Below, piece after piece: positions 17,144-27,387 of a stretch of 32,000 nt of DNA; the first letter of the stretch is position 1; every line of letters starts with the position of its first letter. The notes beneath the pieces are model-generated. The model saw only the letters and a list, made by a program, of their open reading frames with translations, had not been told where the DNA came from and searched no databases. A program made the translations under genes and the position numbers. The DNA lies in assembly GCF_000008465.1 (NCBI RefSeq), contig NC_006512.1, positions 1,590,001 to 1,622,000 of the forward strand, given 5' to 3'. Source of the stretch: Idiomarina loihiensis L2TR. Lineage in GTDB: Bacteria; Pseudomonadota; Gammaproteobacteria; Enterobacterales; Alteromonadaceae.

Positions 17144-17155
17144 GGCGCGAAGGCC
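17144..17155. repeat. target-site duplication, right copy (GGCGCGAAGGCC)
   Basis: It is identical to 15692-15703. Confidence 0.8.
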
Positions 17156-17182
17156 GGGTTTTGTTTAAGCGTTGGCGGGATA

Positions 17183-18055
17183 TTACCAGCCAGTTTTCTC
17201 TGCAACAGCTTTGCCGATGTCGGCTAGGCTGCGTACAGTTTTAACGCCTGCTGCTTCAAGTGCAGCGAATTTCTCGTCAGCAGTACCTTTACCGCCGGCA
17301 ATGATGGCACCAGCATGGCCCATACGTTTGCCCGGAGGCGCAGTAACACCAGCAATGTAAGAAACAACCGGCTTAGAGACATTATTTTTTATGTACTCTG
17401 CCGCTTCTTCTTCCGCTGTACCGCCGATTTCACCGATCATTACGATAGCTTCGGTTTCTGGATCTTTTTCGAACAGTTCCAGAATATCGATGAAGTTAGA
17501 ACCCGGGATAGGGTCACCACCGATACCAACACAGCTAGACTGACCAAAACCTGCGTCAGTAGTCTGCTTAACCGCTTCGTACGTCAATGTACCTGAACGT
17601 GACACGATACCCACTTTACCTTTCTTGTGGATGTGCCCAGGCATGATACCGATTTTGCACTCGTCCGGAGTGATAACACCCGGGCAGTTTGGACCGATCA
17701 TGCGCACGCCTTTGTGCGTCAGGTATTCTTTAACGTAAAGCATATCCAGCGTAGGGATACCTTCAGTAATACAAACAATCAGTTCGATACCAGCGTCTGC
17801 TGCTTCGATGATTGAATCTTTACAGAAAGGAGCTGGTACGTAGATAACTGAAGCAGTTGCGCCAGTTGCTTCTACAGCTTCTCTTACAGTATTGAATACA
17901 GGCAGACCTAAGTGCTCTTGACCACCTTTACCAGGTGTAACACCGCCAACCATTTGCGTACCGTAAGCAATAGCTTGTTCAGAGTGGAAAGTACCCTGAC
18001 CGCCAGTAAAGCCCTGGCAGATAACTTTGGTATTTTTATCGATCAAAATGCTCAT
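17183..18055 (-). CDS. sucD: succinate--CoA ligase subunit alpha
   Basis: 290 aa. [18 protein letters not shown] and GHAGAII (the phosphohistidine loop) are present, in the conserved position after sucC. Confidence 0.97.
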   Translation of the reverse strand: MSILIDKNTKVICQGFTGGQGTFHSEQAIAYGTQMVGGVTPGKGGQEHLGLPVFNTVREAVEATGATASVIYVPAPFCKDSIIEAADAGIELIVCITEGIPTLDMLYVKEYLTHKGVRMIGPNCPGVITPDECKIGIMPGHIHKKGKVGIVSRSGTLTYEAVKQTTDAGFGQSSCVGIGGDPIPGSNFIDILELFEKDPETEAIVMIGEIGGTAEEEAAEYIKNNVSKPVVSYIAGVTAPPGKRMGHAGAIIAGGKGTADEKFAALEAAGVKTVRSLADIGKAVAEKTGW

Positions 18056-19221
18056 TATTGACCTCCTGCCGCAGCAACCACTTTATCGGCAGCATCAGAT
18101 AAGCTCTCTGCAGCGATAATGTTCAGGCCACTTTCGTTCAATTTCTGGGTACCCAGTTCAGCGTTGTTACCTTCAAGGCGAACAATAACCGGTACTTTAA
18201 CACCCACTTCTTCAACAGCGCCGATAATACCTTCAGCAATCATATCGCAACGTACGATACCACCGAAGATGTTAACCAATACGGCTTTAACAGAGCTGTC
18301 TGACAGGATAATTTTGAACGCTTCAGAAACACGTTCTTTTGTCGCGCCGCCACCAACGTCAAGGAAGTTAGCTGGTTCGCCGCCACTCAGTTTAACGATG
18401 TCCATAGTACCCATCGCCAAACCAGCACCGTTAACCATGCAACCAATGTTGCCGTCTAGTGCTACGTAGTTCAGTTCCCATTTAGCCGCTTCTGCTTCAC
18501 GTGCGTCGTCTTGTGACGGATCGTGCATTTCACGGATTTTAGGCTGACGGTACAATGCGTTGCTGTCGATGCCAACTTTCGCATCCAGACAGTGAACGTT
18601 GCCTTCGTCAGTAATAACCAATGGGTTAATTTCTAACAGCGCTAAGTCGTACTGTTCGAACATTTTCGCCAGGCCCATGAAGACCTTAGTGAACTGCTTA
18701 ACCTGGTCTGGAGTCAGACCCAGTTTAAAGCCTAGCTCGCGACCTTGGTATGGCTGCGCACCAACCGTAGGGTCAATTTCAGCTTTCAAGATTTTCTCAG
18801 GTGTTTCTTCAGCAACGGTTTCAATTTCTACGCCGCCTTCGGTTGATGCCATGAACACGATTTTGCGTGAAGCACGGTCAACAACTGCACCTAAGTAAAG
18901 CTCGTCTGCAATGTCAGTGCAGCTTTCAACTAAAATCTTAGCAACCGGCTGACCTTTCTCGTCGGTCTGGAAAGTTACTAAGTTTTTACCTAACCACTGC
19001 TCAGCGAATGCGCGAACGTCGTCTAAACTTTTCACTAATTTCACGCCACCCGCTTTACCGCGGCCACCAGCGTGAACCTGACATTTGACAACCCAAATGT
19101 CGCCACCAATACGTTTTGCCGCTTCTACCGCTTCATCAGCAGTGTCGCAGGCATAACCTTCAGATACTGGCAAACCAAACTCTTTAAAGAGTTGTTTACC
19201 CTGATACTCATGCAAATTCAT
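18055..19221 (-). CDS. sucC: ADP-forming succinate--CoA ligase subunit beta
   Basis: 388 aa. It starts [12 protein letters not shown] and has an ATP-grasp domain. Its stop overlaps the sucD start by 1 nt. Confidence 0.97.
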   Translation of the reverse strand: MNLHEYQGKQLFKEFGLPVSEGYACDTADEAVEAAKRIGGDIWVVKCQVHAGGRGKAGGVKLVKSLDDVRAFAEQWLGKNLVTFQTDEKGQPVAKILVESCTDIADELYLGAVVDRASRKIVFMASTEGGVEIETVAEETPEKILKAEIDPTVGAQPYQGRELGFKLGLTPDQVKQFTKVFMGLAKMFEQYDLALLEINPLVITDEGNVHCLDAKVGIDSNALYRQPKIREMHDPSQDDAREAEAAKWELNYVALDGNIGCMVNGAGLAMGTMDIVKLSGGEPANFLDVGGGATKERVSEAFKIILSDSSVKAVLVNIFGGIVRCDMIAEGIIGAVEEVGVKVPVIVRLEGNNAELGTQKLNESGLNIIAAESLSDAADKVVAAAGGQ

Positions 19222-19357
19222 GATGCTCTTCCGATTCGTTGAAACAACTTAAGCAGCTAAAGTGCTGCCTACCCGAATACCGCGCCGAATTTTAACCTGC
19301 TCGGCGCATAATTAACAGCCGCAAGCTAAATTGCATTGCGGCTGGTTCTCAGCGTCT

Positions 19358-20920
19358 TTAGATATCCAGGATAAGACGTTGAGGATCTTCTAATAGCTCT
19401 TTCACGGTAACCAGGAAACCTACCGATTGTTTACCATCAATAATTCGATGGTCATAAGAAAGAGCCAGGTACATCATCGGTAAGATTTCGATCTTACCGT
19501 CTACCACCATCGCCCGCTCCTGGATTTTGTGCATACCCAGAATAGCGCTTTGTGGTGGGTTCAGAATTGGCGTTGAAAGCAGTGAACCAAATACACCACC
19601 GTTAGTAATGGTGAAATTACCACCCTGCATTTCATCCATAGTTAACTTACCGTCACGGCCTTTGATAGCCAGGTCACGAATACCATTTTCCATATCCGCA
19701 ATGCTTAAACGGTCAGTGTCGCGCAGAACTGGAGTTACCAGACCACGAGGCGTTGATACCGCAATGCTGATATCGAAGAAATTGTGGTAAACAATATCGT
19801 CGCCATCAATGGATGCGTTGACGTCTGGGAAACGTTTCAGTGCTTCAGTTACAGCTTTGACGTAGAAGCCCATGAAACCAAGACGCGTGCCGTGAGTTTC
19901 TTCAAACACGTCTTTGTACTTCTTACGCAAGTCCATAATTGGCTTCATGTTGATTTCGTTAAACGTGGTCAACATCGCGGTGTCGTTCTTAGCTTGCAAC
20001 AGACGCTCAGCGATACGTTTACGCAGACGTGTCATTGGTACACGTTTCTGGTCACGGTCACCTGAAACGGCTGGCTGTGAAGACTGCTGTTTGCTGCTAT
20101 CCGAAGACTTAGAAGACTGAGCTTTCACGTGTTTTTCCACGTCTTCTTTAGTGACGCGACCGCCCTTACCAGTGCCTTTAACGTCACTTGGCTTAAGGCC
20201 GTGTTCACCAAGTAAACGACGAACCGCAGGACCCGCTACTTCGTTGTCACCGTCATCGTCTTTACTTTCTGAAGAAGATTCAGATTTGCTGTCATCGGAC
20301 TTGCTTGAACTACCGCCAGCAGACCCACCAGCTTCGACAATACCGATAACGTCATCAGCACCGACTGTCGCGCCTTCTTCGTGCTTAATTTCAGCTAAAA
20401 CGCCATCAGCCGGAGCAACCACTTCCAGAACCACTTTATCGGTTTCAATATCAACCAGGTTCTGGTCACGTTTTACTGCATCGCCAGCTTTAACGTGCCA
20501 GGTAGAAACAGTGGCATCAGAGACTGATTCTGGCAGTTGAGGAACTTTAACTTCCATTTTCTCGCCAGAACCTTTTTTGTCAGAGCCTTTGTCTTCTGAA
20601 GAATCAGATTCTTTTTTCTCTGACTTCTTGTCGTCGTCTGAGTCTTTATTGTCTGATTTATCGTCAGATGCCGACGCACCGTCACCTTCTTCAATTTTTC
20701 CGATAACTTCTTCAGCTGTTACGGTAGTGCCTTCTTCGGCAGTAATTTCGCCCAAAACACCGTCTGCTTCCGCAACCACTTCCAGCACTACCTTGTCGGT
20801 TTCGATGTCAACCAGATTCTGGTCGCGAGACACTTTATCGCCAGGTTTTACGTGCCATGTTGCAATTGTTGCATCTGCAACAGACTCGGGTAATTGAGGA
20901 ACTTTAATATCAATCGCCAT
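19358..20920 (-). CDS. sucB: 2-oxoglutarate dehydrogenase E2 (dihydrolipoyllysine-residue succinyltransferase) with two tandem lipoyl domains
   Basis: 520 aa. There are two copies of [37 protein letters not shown], followed by a PSBD ([13 protein letters not shown]) and a catalytic domain with DHRIIDG. Confidence 0.95.
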   Translation of the reverse strand: MAIDIKVPQLPESVADATIATWHVKPGDKVSRDQNLVDIETDKVVLEVVAEADGVLGEITAEEGTTVTAEEVIGKIEEGDGASASDDKSDNKDSDDDKKSEKKESDSSEDKGSDKKGSGEKMEVKVPQLPESVSDATVSTWHVKAGDAVKRDQNLVDIETDKVVLEVVAPADGVLAEIKHEEGATVGADDVIGIVEAGGSAGGSSSKSDDSKSESSSESKDDDGDNEVAGPAVRRLLGEHGLKPSDVKGTGKGGRVTKEDVEKHVKAQSSKSSDSSKQQSSQPAVSGDRDQKRVPMTRLRKRIAERLLQAKNDTAMLTTFNEINMKPIMDLRKKYKDVFEETHGTRLGFMGFYVKAVTEALKRFPDVNASIDGDDIVYHNFFDISIAVSTPRGLVTPVLRDTDRLSIADMENGIRDLAIKGRDGKLTMDEMQGGNFTITNGGVFGSLLSTPILNPPQSAILGMHKIQERAMVVDGKIEILPMMYLALSYDHRIIDGKQSVGFLVTVKELLEDPQRLILDI

Positions 20921-20933
20921 GGTTCATCTTCAC

Positions 20934-23741
20934 CTATTTAATGGTTAGCGCTTCGTCAACAAGGTTTTGCTGCTGCTTGTTGTGCTCTGAAATGTATCCG
21001 ACCGCCGGTGCGGCTGACGCACTACGACCACGATAAGACAACTGAGCTCCTTTCGGAATTGCGGCCCAGAAGTGATGCTGGCTGCTATACCATGCACCCT
21101 GGTTCTGAGGCTCTTCCTGACACCAGACAAAATCTTTAACGTGCTGATAATCTTTCATAATTTCTGCCACTTCTTCCGCAGGGAACGGATACAGCTGTTC
21201 GATACGAATAATGGCAACATCTTCTTGTTCACGCTCGCGGCGTTCTTTCAGTAAATCGTAGTAGACTTTACCTGAGCAAAATACCACGCGTTTTACTTTT
21301 TTCGGATTCAGATCATCGATTTCACCAATCGCGTTCTGGAATCCATGATCCGCTAAATCATCCATTTCTGAAACCGCTAACGGATGACGTAACAATGACT
21401 TAGGCGTCATAACAACTAACGGGCGGCGAACCGGACGTAAGTGCTGACGACGGATCATATGAAAAACCTGTGCAGGCGTTGTCGGTACACAGACTGACCA
21501 GTTGTGATCAGCTGATAATTGCAGGAAACGCTCAAGACGGGCTGAACTGTGCTCTGGACCCTGGCCTTCGTAACCGTGTGGCAATAACAATGTTAAACCA
21601 CATAAACGTCCCCATTTCTGTTCACCAGAACTTAAGAACTGGTCAATAACCACCTGAGCGCCGTTAACGAAGTCACCAAATTGAGCTTCCCACATAACCA
21701 AAGACTGCGGTTCAGCCGTAGCGTAACCGTATTCGAAGGCCACAACCGCGGCTTCTGATAAAACCGAGTCGTAAATTTCAATTTGCCCCTGCTCTGAACC
21801 TAAGTTGTTCAGTGGCATATAGGTAGAACCATCTTTTTGGTTATGCAATACCGCGTGGCGGTGGAAGAAGGTACCACGGCCGCTGTCCTGACCGGTCAAA
21901 CGAATATGAGTACCGTCGTTAACTAAGGTGGCATAAGCCAAAGTTTCAGCGAAACCCCAGTCCATTGGTTTATCGCCTTTCGCCATTTTCAGACGTTCTT
22001 GATAAACTTTTTCAACACGGGAATTCAGCTTGTCTTCTTCCGGATACTGAGTGATTTTTTCACCCAAGTCTTTCAGTTTGTCTGCTGAAACTTTGTAGTC
22101 GTACTCTACATCCCAGTCGTTTCCAATATAGGGAGACCAGTCAACAGAGTGCTGACGCATAGGACGGTGTTCATCAACCACCACTTCGCCTTTATCTAAT
22201 GCATCACGATAGTCAGACATCCACTGCTTAGCTGTGTCTTCATCTACTATCGACTTCTCTATCAGACGCTTGCCATAAAGCTCGCGGGCAACGGGTTGTT
22301 TTTTAACTTTTGCATACATCAGCGGCTGTGTTGCACTTGGCTCATCGGCTTCGTTATGTCCATGACGACGATAACAAACCAAATCAATAACCACGTCGCG
22401 CTGAAATGCATTACGGTAATCAAGCGCTAACTGAGTGACAAAAACAACGGCTTCAGGGTCATCCGCATTAACGTGGAAAATTGGCGCCTGCACCATCTTG
22501 GCAATGTCAGTACAATACTGAGTAGAGCGCGCATCTTCCTGTTTAGATGTAGTGAAACCAACCTGGTTATTCACCACGATACGGATAGAGCCGCCTACAC
22601 GGTAAGCACGTGTCTGCGACATATTAAAGGTTTCTTGTACCACACCCTGACCGGCAACAGCAGCGTCACCGTGAATGGTAATAGGCAGCACTTTTTTGCC
22701 TTCCGGGTCTTTCAGGCGGTCCATGCGCGCACGAACCGATCCCATAACAACCGGGTTTACAATTTCAAGGTGCGACGGGTTAAAGGCCAATGCAAGGTGG
22801 ACGTCGCCGCCCGGGGTCGCATAATCAGAAGAAAAGCCCATATGATATTTAACATCACCTGAGCCCTTTGTGCTGTCATGCTTGCCGGCAAACTCGTCAA
22901 ATAAGTCCTGTGGTTTTTTACCCAGAACGTTGACCAAAACGTTCAAACGACCTCGGTGAGCCATACCAATAACGACTTCCTTGGCACCTTGCTCACCAGA
23001 GCGTGAAATGAGTTCTTTCAACAACGGAACCAGACTGTCGCCACCTTCTAATGAAAAGCGCTTAGCTCCCGGGAATTTTGACCCAAGATACTTTTCCAGT
23101 CCGTCAGCGGCTATCAGCTCTTTTAAAATTTTAGTCTGCTGTTCTTTTTCAAACTTGGGCTTTCCAAGAACACCCTCCAACCGTTGCTGAATCCAGCGTT
23201 TTTCCTCGGTTGAAACAATGTGCATGTACTCGGCACCAATAGAGCCACAATAAATATTTTCCAACGCCTCGTGAATATCACTCAGCTTCATTGTGTCTTT
23301 GCCAACAGCTAAAGAGCCGACATTAAACTCGCGTTCTAAGTCGTCTTTGCTTAAATCGTGGAAGTTTAATGAAAGGTCTGGAACGGTTTCCTGTTTCCAT
23401 AAACCAAGAGGATCAAGGTTGGCGTGCTGATGGCCGCGGAATCGGTAAGCATTAATGAGCTGTAAAACTTTAACTTGCTTCTGATCTGCGGCAGTCGTGC
23501 TGCCTGTTTGAGATTGCTTGAGCTTATTCTTAGCGGCCTGGCGAAACTGCTCCCGGACATCGCTGAGTTTAGTATCAACAATGTGATTATCCTTCGGCAA
23601 CGCATCGAACATTTGACGCCATTCATCACTGACTGCCGTCGGATCATCCAGATACGCCTCAAACATTTGTTCAATGTAGGCAACGTTACCACCGGCTAGA
23701 TGCGATGTTTCTAACCATTCACGCATTACACCATCTTGCAT
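20934..23741 (-). CDS. sucA: 2-oxoglutarate dehydrogenase E1 component
   Basis: 935 aa, collinear with E. coli SucA from the N-terminus (MQDGVMREWLETSHLAGGN). A ThDP-binding region is present. Confidence 0.97.
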   Translation of the reverse strand: MQDGVMREWLETSHLAGGNVAYIEQMFEAYLDDPTAVSDEWRQMFDALPKDNHIVDTKLSDVREQFRQAAKNKLKQSQTGSTTAADQKQVKVLQLINAYRFRGHQHANLDPLGLWKQETVPDLSLNFHDLSKDDLEREFNVGSLAVGKDTMKLSDIHEALENIYCGSIGAEYMHIVSTEEKRWIQQRLEGVLGKPKFEKEQQTKILKELIAADGLEKYLGSKFPGAKRFSLEGGDSLVPLLKELISRSGEQGAKEVVIGMAHRGRLNVLVNVLGKKPQDLFDEFAGKHDSTKGSGDVKYHMGFSSDYATPGGDVHLALAFNPSHLEIVNPVVMGSVRARMDRLKDPEGKKVLPITIHGDAAVAGQGVVQETFNMSQTRAYRVGGSIRIVVNNQVGFTTSKQEDARSTQYCTDIAKMVQAPIFHVNADDPEAVVFVTQLALDYRNAFQRDVVIDLVCYRRHGHNEADEPSATQPLMYAKVKKQPVARELYGKRLIEKSIVDEDTAKQWMSDYRDALDKGEVVVDEHRPMRQHSVDWSPYIGNDWDVEYDYKVSADKLKDLGEKITQYPEEDKLNSRVEKVYQERLKMAKGDKPMDWGFAETLAYATLVNDGTHIRLTGQDSGRGTFFHRHAVLHNQKDGSTYMPLNNLGSEQGQIEIYDSVLSEAAVVAFEYGYATAEPQSLVMWEAQFGDFVNGAQVVIDQFLSSGEQKWGRLCGLTLLLPHGYEGQGPEHSSARLERFLQLSADHNWSVCVPTTPAQVFHMIRRQHLRPVRRPLVVMTPKSLLRHPLAVSEMDDLADHGFQNAIGEIDDLNPKKVKRVVFCSGKVYYDLLKERREREQEDVAIIRIEQLYPFPAEEVAEIMKDYQHVKDFVWCQEEPQNQGAWYSSQHHFWAAIPKGAQLSYRGRSASAAPAVGYISEHNKQQQNLVDEALTIK

Positions 23742-23769
23742 TGCGTTTCCTTCACCTGAATAGATAAAC

Positions 23770-23808
23770 CGTTTTTATAAAAAAATAGCCATCCTTTGTG
23801 GGATGGCC
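23770..23808 (-). terminator. intrinsic (probably partial) terminator between sdhB and sucA
   Basis: GCCATCC (23788-23794) pairs with GGATGGC (23801-23807). On the minus-strand RNA this hairpin is followed by UAUUUUUUUAU. Confidence 0.55.
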
Positions 23809-23852
23809 ATCCACAACATCAACCGTTCAAATTGGCGCGACAATTTAACGAG

Positions 23853-24566
23853 TTAAACAGCGCGACTCAAAAGCATCGATTTGATGTGTCCAATAGCCTT
23901 TGTTGGATTCAACCCTTTTGGACATACGTTAACGCAGTTCATGATTCCGTGACAACGGAATACACTAAAGGCATCATCAAGTTCGTCCAGACGCTCGTCC
24001 GTTGCTGTGTCACGACTATCAATTAAGAAACGATAAGCGTGCAGCAGACCAGCTGGCCCAACAAATTTATCTGGGTTCCACCAGAACGACGGGCACGAAG
24101 ATGAACAACATGCACATAAAATACATTCGTAAAGACCATCAAGCTTAGCACGGTCTTCCGGCGACTGCAGTCGTTCACGCGCTGGTGGCGTTTTGTCATC
24201 GTTGATAAGGTACGGTTTGATTTTCTCGTACTGTTGATAGAACTGGCTCATATCAACAATCAAATCACGAATGACAGGCAAGCCTGGTAGCGGACGAATC
24301 ACAATTTTGTCTGATTTCAAAGAAGACAAATGAGTGATACAAGCCAAACCATTTTTACCATTAATATTCATACCATCGGAGCCACAAACACCTTCACGGC
24401 ACGAGCGGCGGAATGCCAGCGATGGATCTTGTTCTTTCAATTTGATCAGTGCTTCTAGCACCATCAAATCCTGATTATCTTCTACTTCCAACGTGTACTC
24501 TTTCATATGAGGCGCGTTGTCGACATCAGGATTATAACGATAAACTGAAAATGTGTATTTTTTCAT
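23853..24566 (-). CDS. sdhB: succinate dehydrogenase iron-sulfur subunit
   Basis: 237 aa. It has YRYNPDVD and the three Cys clusters (CREGVCGSDG, CILCACCSSSCP, CHGIMNCVNVCP). Confidence 0.97.
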   Translation of the reverse strand: MKKYTFSVYRYNPDVDNAPHMKEYTLEVEDNQDLMVLEALIKLKEQDPSLAFRRSCREGVCGSDGMNINGKNGLACITHLSSLKSDKIVIRPLPGLPVIRDLIVDMSQFYQQYEKIKPYLINDDKTPPARERLQSPEDRAKLDGLYECILCACCSSSCPSFWWNPDKFVGPAGLLHAYRFLIDSRDTATDERLDELDDAFSVFRCHGIMNCVNVCPKGLNPTKAIGHIKSMLLSRAV

Positions 24567-24578
24567 ATACCCTCCAAC

Positions 24579-26345
24579 TTAGTAGGTACGAGCTTTCGGA
24601 GGGAAAGCTTCACGCAGTTTAGGCGCCATATTGACTTCCCGCGTCACCATATCTTCCTTTTCAGGACGATAAACAGTGTGTACTAACCACTTCTCATCAT
24701 CACGATCCGGGTAGTCTGCACGGCTGTGAGCACCGCGGCTTTCTGTACGGAAGCTGGCAGCAACTGCAGTTGAGTAAGCCGTTTCCATCAAGTTATCTAG
24801 CTCAAGGCACTCGACGCGCTGAGTATTAAACTCTTTGGAGGTGTCATCAAGACGGGCGTTTTTCAGGCGTTCGCGAATTTCGCGCAGCTCAGCAAGCCCT
24901 TCTTTCATTGAATCGCCTTCGCGGAAAACCGAGAAATTAAGTTGCATGCACTGTTGCAGGTCTTTCTTAATTTGTGCCGGATCTTCGCCTTTCTGAGTAT
25001 TTTCCCAACGATTATAACGCGCTAGTGCAGCGTCAATGTCGTCGCTGCTTGCTTCTCTGGCTTCTACGTTAGCCGCAAGCGTTTCACCCAGATGCATACC
25101 GGTTGAACGACCGAATACCACCAAATCAAGCAGTGAGTTACCACCTAAGCGGTTAGCACCGTGTACAGATACACAAGCAATTTCACCACAAGCAAACAGC
25201 CCTTTAACGTGAGATGTCTGACCATCGTCACCAACAGTCAGGACTTGTCCATTAACATCCGTTGGAATACCGCCCATCATGTAGTGACAGGTAGGAATAA
25301 CCGGAATTGGTTCTTTTACCGGATCAACGTGTGCGAATGTACGTGATAAGTCACAAACACCCGGCAAACGACTTTCCAGGGTTTCTTTACCCAGGTGATC
25401 CAGTTTCAGTTTAAGGTGAGTACCCCATGGGCCTTCACAACCACGTCCTTCACGGATTTCAGTCATCATAGCGCGGGAGACAACGTCGCGTGACGCCAAA
25501 TCTTTCGCGTTTGGCGCATAACGCTCCATAAAGCGTTCGCCGTCTTTGTTCAGCAGGTAACCGCCTTCTCCACGACAACCTTCTGTAACGAGTGAGCCCG
25601 CTCCGGCAATACCGGTTGGATGGAACTGCCACATTTCCATATCTTGTACAGGAACGCCAGCACGTAGAGCCATACCAATACCGTCGCCAGTGTTGATATG
25701 AGCATTGGTCGTTGAAGAATAAATACGACCAGCACCGCCGGTAGCAAGAACAACGGCTTTAGCTTTAACAAAGTAAACTTCGCCGCTTTCGATATCCATG
25801 GTGGTTACACCACAAACTTCGCCGTCTTGGTTCTTAACGATATCCAGCGCGTACCATTCTGAAAATACGGTGGTTTTTTTCTTCACGTTTTGCTGATAAA
25901 GCAAATGCAGCAAAGCGTGACCGGTACGGTCAGCTGCAGCGGCAGTACGAGCAGCCTGCTCGCCACCAAAGTTCTTCGACTGACCACCAAATGGACGTTG
26001 ATAAACTTTGCCGTTTTCAAAACGCGAGAATGGTAAACCTAAGTTTTCCATTTCTAAAATAGCTTCAGGGCCAGCTTTACACATGTATTCGATAGCGTCC
26101 TGGTCACCAATATAGTCCGAACCTTTAACGGTATCGAACATGTGCCATTCCCAGTTATCTTCATGCGCATTACCTAATGCTACGGTAATACCACCCTGAG
26201 CAGAAACTGTGTGAGAGCGTGTTGGAAACACTTTGGACATCAACGCGCAGCTCAATCCCTCTTGGGAAATTTGCAGTGCTGCTCGCATGCCGGCACCGCC
26301 AGCACCAATCACCACTGCATCATATTCTAAAGTTTTAACAGTCAC
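24579..26345 (-). CDS. sdhA: succinate dehydrogenase flavoprotein subunit
   Basis: 588 aa. It has [16 protein letters not shown] and [10 protein letters not shown] (the FAD-linking His). Confidence 0.97.
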   Translation of the reverse strand: MTVKTLEYDAVVIGAGGAGMRAALQISQEGLSCALMSKVFPTRSHTVSAQGGITVALGNAHEDNWEWHMFDTVKGSDYIGDQDAIEYMCKAGPEAILEMENLGLPFSRFENGKVYQRPFGGQSKNFGGEQAARTAAAADRTGHALLHLLYQQNVKKKTTVFSEWYALDIVKNQDGEVCGVTTMDIESGEVYFVKAKAVVLATGGAGRIYSSTTNAHINTGDGIGMALRAGVPVQDMEMWQFHPTGIAGAGSLVTEGCRGEGGYLLNKDGERFMERYAPNAKDLASRDVVSRAMMTEIREGRGCEGPWGTHLKLKLDHLGKETLESRLPGVCDLSRTFAHVDPVKEPIPVIPTCHYMMGGIPTDVNGQVLTVGDDGQTSHVKGLFACGEIACVSVHGANRLGGNSLLDLVVFGRSTGMHLGETLAANVEAREASSDDIDAALARYNRWENTQKGEDPAQIKKDLQQCMQLNFSVFREGDSMKEGLAELREIRERLKNARLDDTSKEFNTQRVECLELDNLMETAYSTAVAASFRTESRGAHSRADYPDRDDEKWLVHTVYRPEKEDMVTREVNMAPKLREAFPPKARTY

Positions 26346-26693
26346 TTAAACACCCCACAGTACGAATAAGCCAGTGAGCCAAACAGCGATCAGACCAACG
26401 CTGAAAACCAGTTGGATAAAAGCTCTGAGACCGGACGCTTTCACGTAGTCTGTTGATACTTGCCAAATGCCAATCCAGCCGTGAATTAACACAGAAGATA
26501 AGGCCAGCATAGTGAACACTTTCATCCAAATGTTGGCAAACAACCCACTCCACACTTGATAAGTTACATCTGGCGTAGAAAGGAAGAACCCAGCCATGAA
26601 CAGTGAATATAGAACCATTACAATCGCGCTGGCTCTCAATAAAATAAAGTCATGAGAACCGCTACGACCAAAAGTAGCTGCTGCTGTTACCAT
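26346..26693 (-). CDS. sdhD: succinate dehydrogenase membrane anchor subunit
   Basis: The ATG at 26693 (MVTAAATFGRSGSHDFILLRA) gives 115 aa, like E. coli SdhD. This ATG overlaps the sdhC TAA. The track start at 26699 is a TTG. Confidence 0.9.
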   Translation of the reverse strand: MVTAAATFGRSGSHDFILLRASAIVMVLYSLFMAGFFLSTPDVTYQVWSGLFANIWMKVFTMLALSSVLIHGWIGIWQVSTDYVKASGLRAFIQLVFSVGLIAVWLTGLFVLWGV

Positions 26694-27061
26694 AGCCAAA
26701 CTCCTACTAATACGGAAAAGATCACAGAAAGAGCAATTGAGACAATTGCGCTGATTCTTCCGGAATCGAGTTCTTCCCAGTAGCCCATGTCCATTACTAA
26801 GTGACGCAGACCAATGATTAAGTGAAATCCTAGCGCTGTCAAAATACCCCAGCCAATAAATTTAGCGATAAAGCTGGTCATGATACTCTCGATTTGAGCA
26901 AAGCCTTCAGGGCCACTAAGTGACACGGCAAAAGCCCAAATTAGAAAAGCCAGAGAGAACAGCATAGCAACACCGGAAATACGATGCAGTATGGATGCTT
27001 TGGCAGCGGCAGGAAGCTTGATAGTTGATAAGTCTAAATTAACAGGTCTTTCTTTTTTCAC
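26687..27061 (-). CDS. sdhC: succinate dehydrogenase cytochrome b556 subunit
   Basis: The GTG at 27061 gives VKKERPVNLDLSTIKLP...ILHRISG, collinear with E. coli SdhC (VKKQRPVNLDL). The longer track ORF adds an implausible leader. Confidence 0.85.
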   Translation of the reverse strand: MKKERPVNLDLSTIKLPAAAKASILHRISGVAMLFSLAFLIWAFAVSLSGPEGFAQIESIMTSFIAKFIGWGILTALGFHLIIGLRHLVMDMGYWEELDSGRISAIVSIALSVIFSVLVGVWLW

Positions 27062-27317
27062 GATAGATTGCCTTTTAATAAAGCACAAAAGAAATGCAAT
27101 TTTCGTTTGCGCGACACAGAAACATGCCACCAATACGGCGCAAAGTATATCTAGCCAAGCTATTAATTACAACGACAAACTCAGATTTGAACGCTGACTA
27201 AAATACGCTTTACTACTAAAGTCTAACCTAACAAGATAATTCTTCAATCTGAGTAATCTTTTCGTCATGTTTATTACGTATATTTCGCTATAATTGGTTC
27301 ATGTTCCCCGATTAAAA

Positions 27318-27347
27318 TTGACATTTACGGGCATGATCGAGTTAAAT
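27318..27347 (+). promoter_or_regulatory. candidate sigma70 promoter for gltA
   Basis: TTGACA at 27318-27323, an 18-nt spacer, then TTAAAT at 27342-27347. It lies about 40 nt upstream of the ATG, which is preceded by GAGGAG. Confidence 0.4.
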
Positions 27348-27387
27348 TAGCGCACTTTTTCAAAGTAGATAGCGAGGAGAATTCCTT

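Noticed and set aside
15686-17170. Longer (~40 bp) IS inverted repeats including AAAACCCGGC...GCCGGGTTTT
   Set aside because: The outer matching arms are explained better as the two halves of the pre-existing terminator stem. The central 12-mer is a direct repeat (not inverted), as expected for a target-site duplication. The true IS ends start at TAATGC.
20151-20897. Ser/Pro-rich antisense ORFs (20151-20540 and 20577-20897, plus strand) inside sucB
   Set aside because: They are generated by the low-complexity linker-encoding repeats of sucB read on the opposite strand. sucB itself is unambiguous.
26687-27133. 148-aa version of sdhC, and the TTG-initiated 117-aa version of sdhD
   Set aside because: Collinearity with E. 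coli SdhC and SdhD supports the GTG at 27061 and the ATG at 26693. The longer forms add non-homologous leaders.
27266-27294. TATAAT at 27289-27294 as a second gltA promoter
   Set aside because: There is no acceptable -35 element at 16-19 nt spacing (CATGTT). The region is generally AT-rich, so a lone TATAAT is weak evidence.
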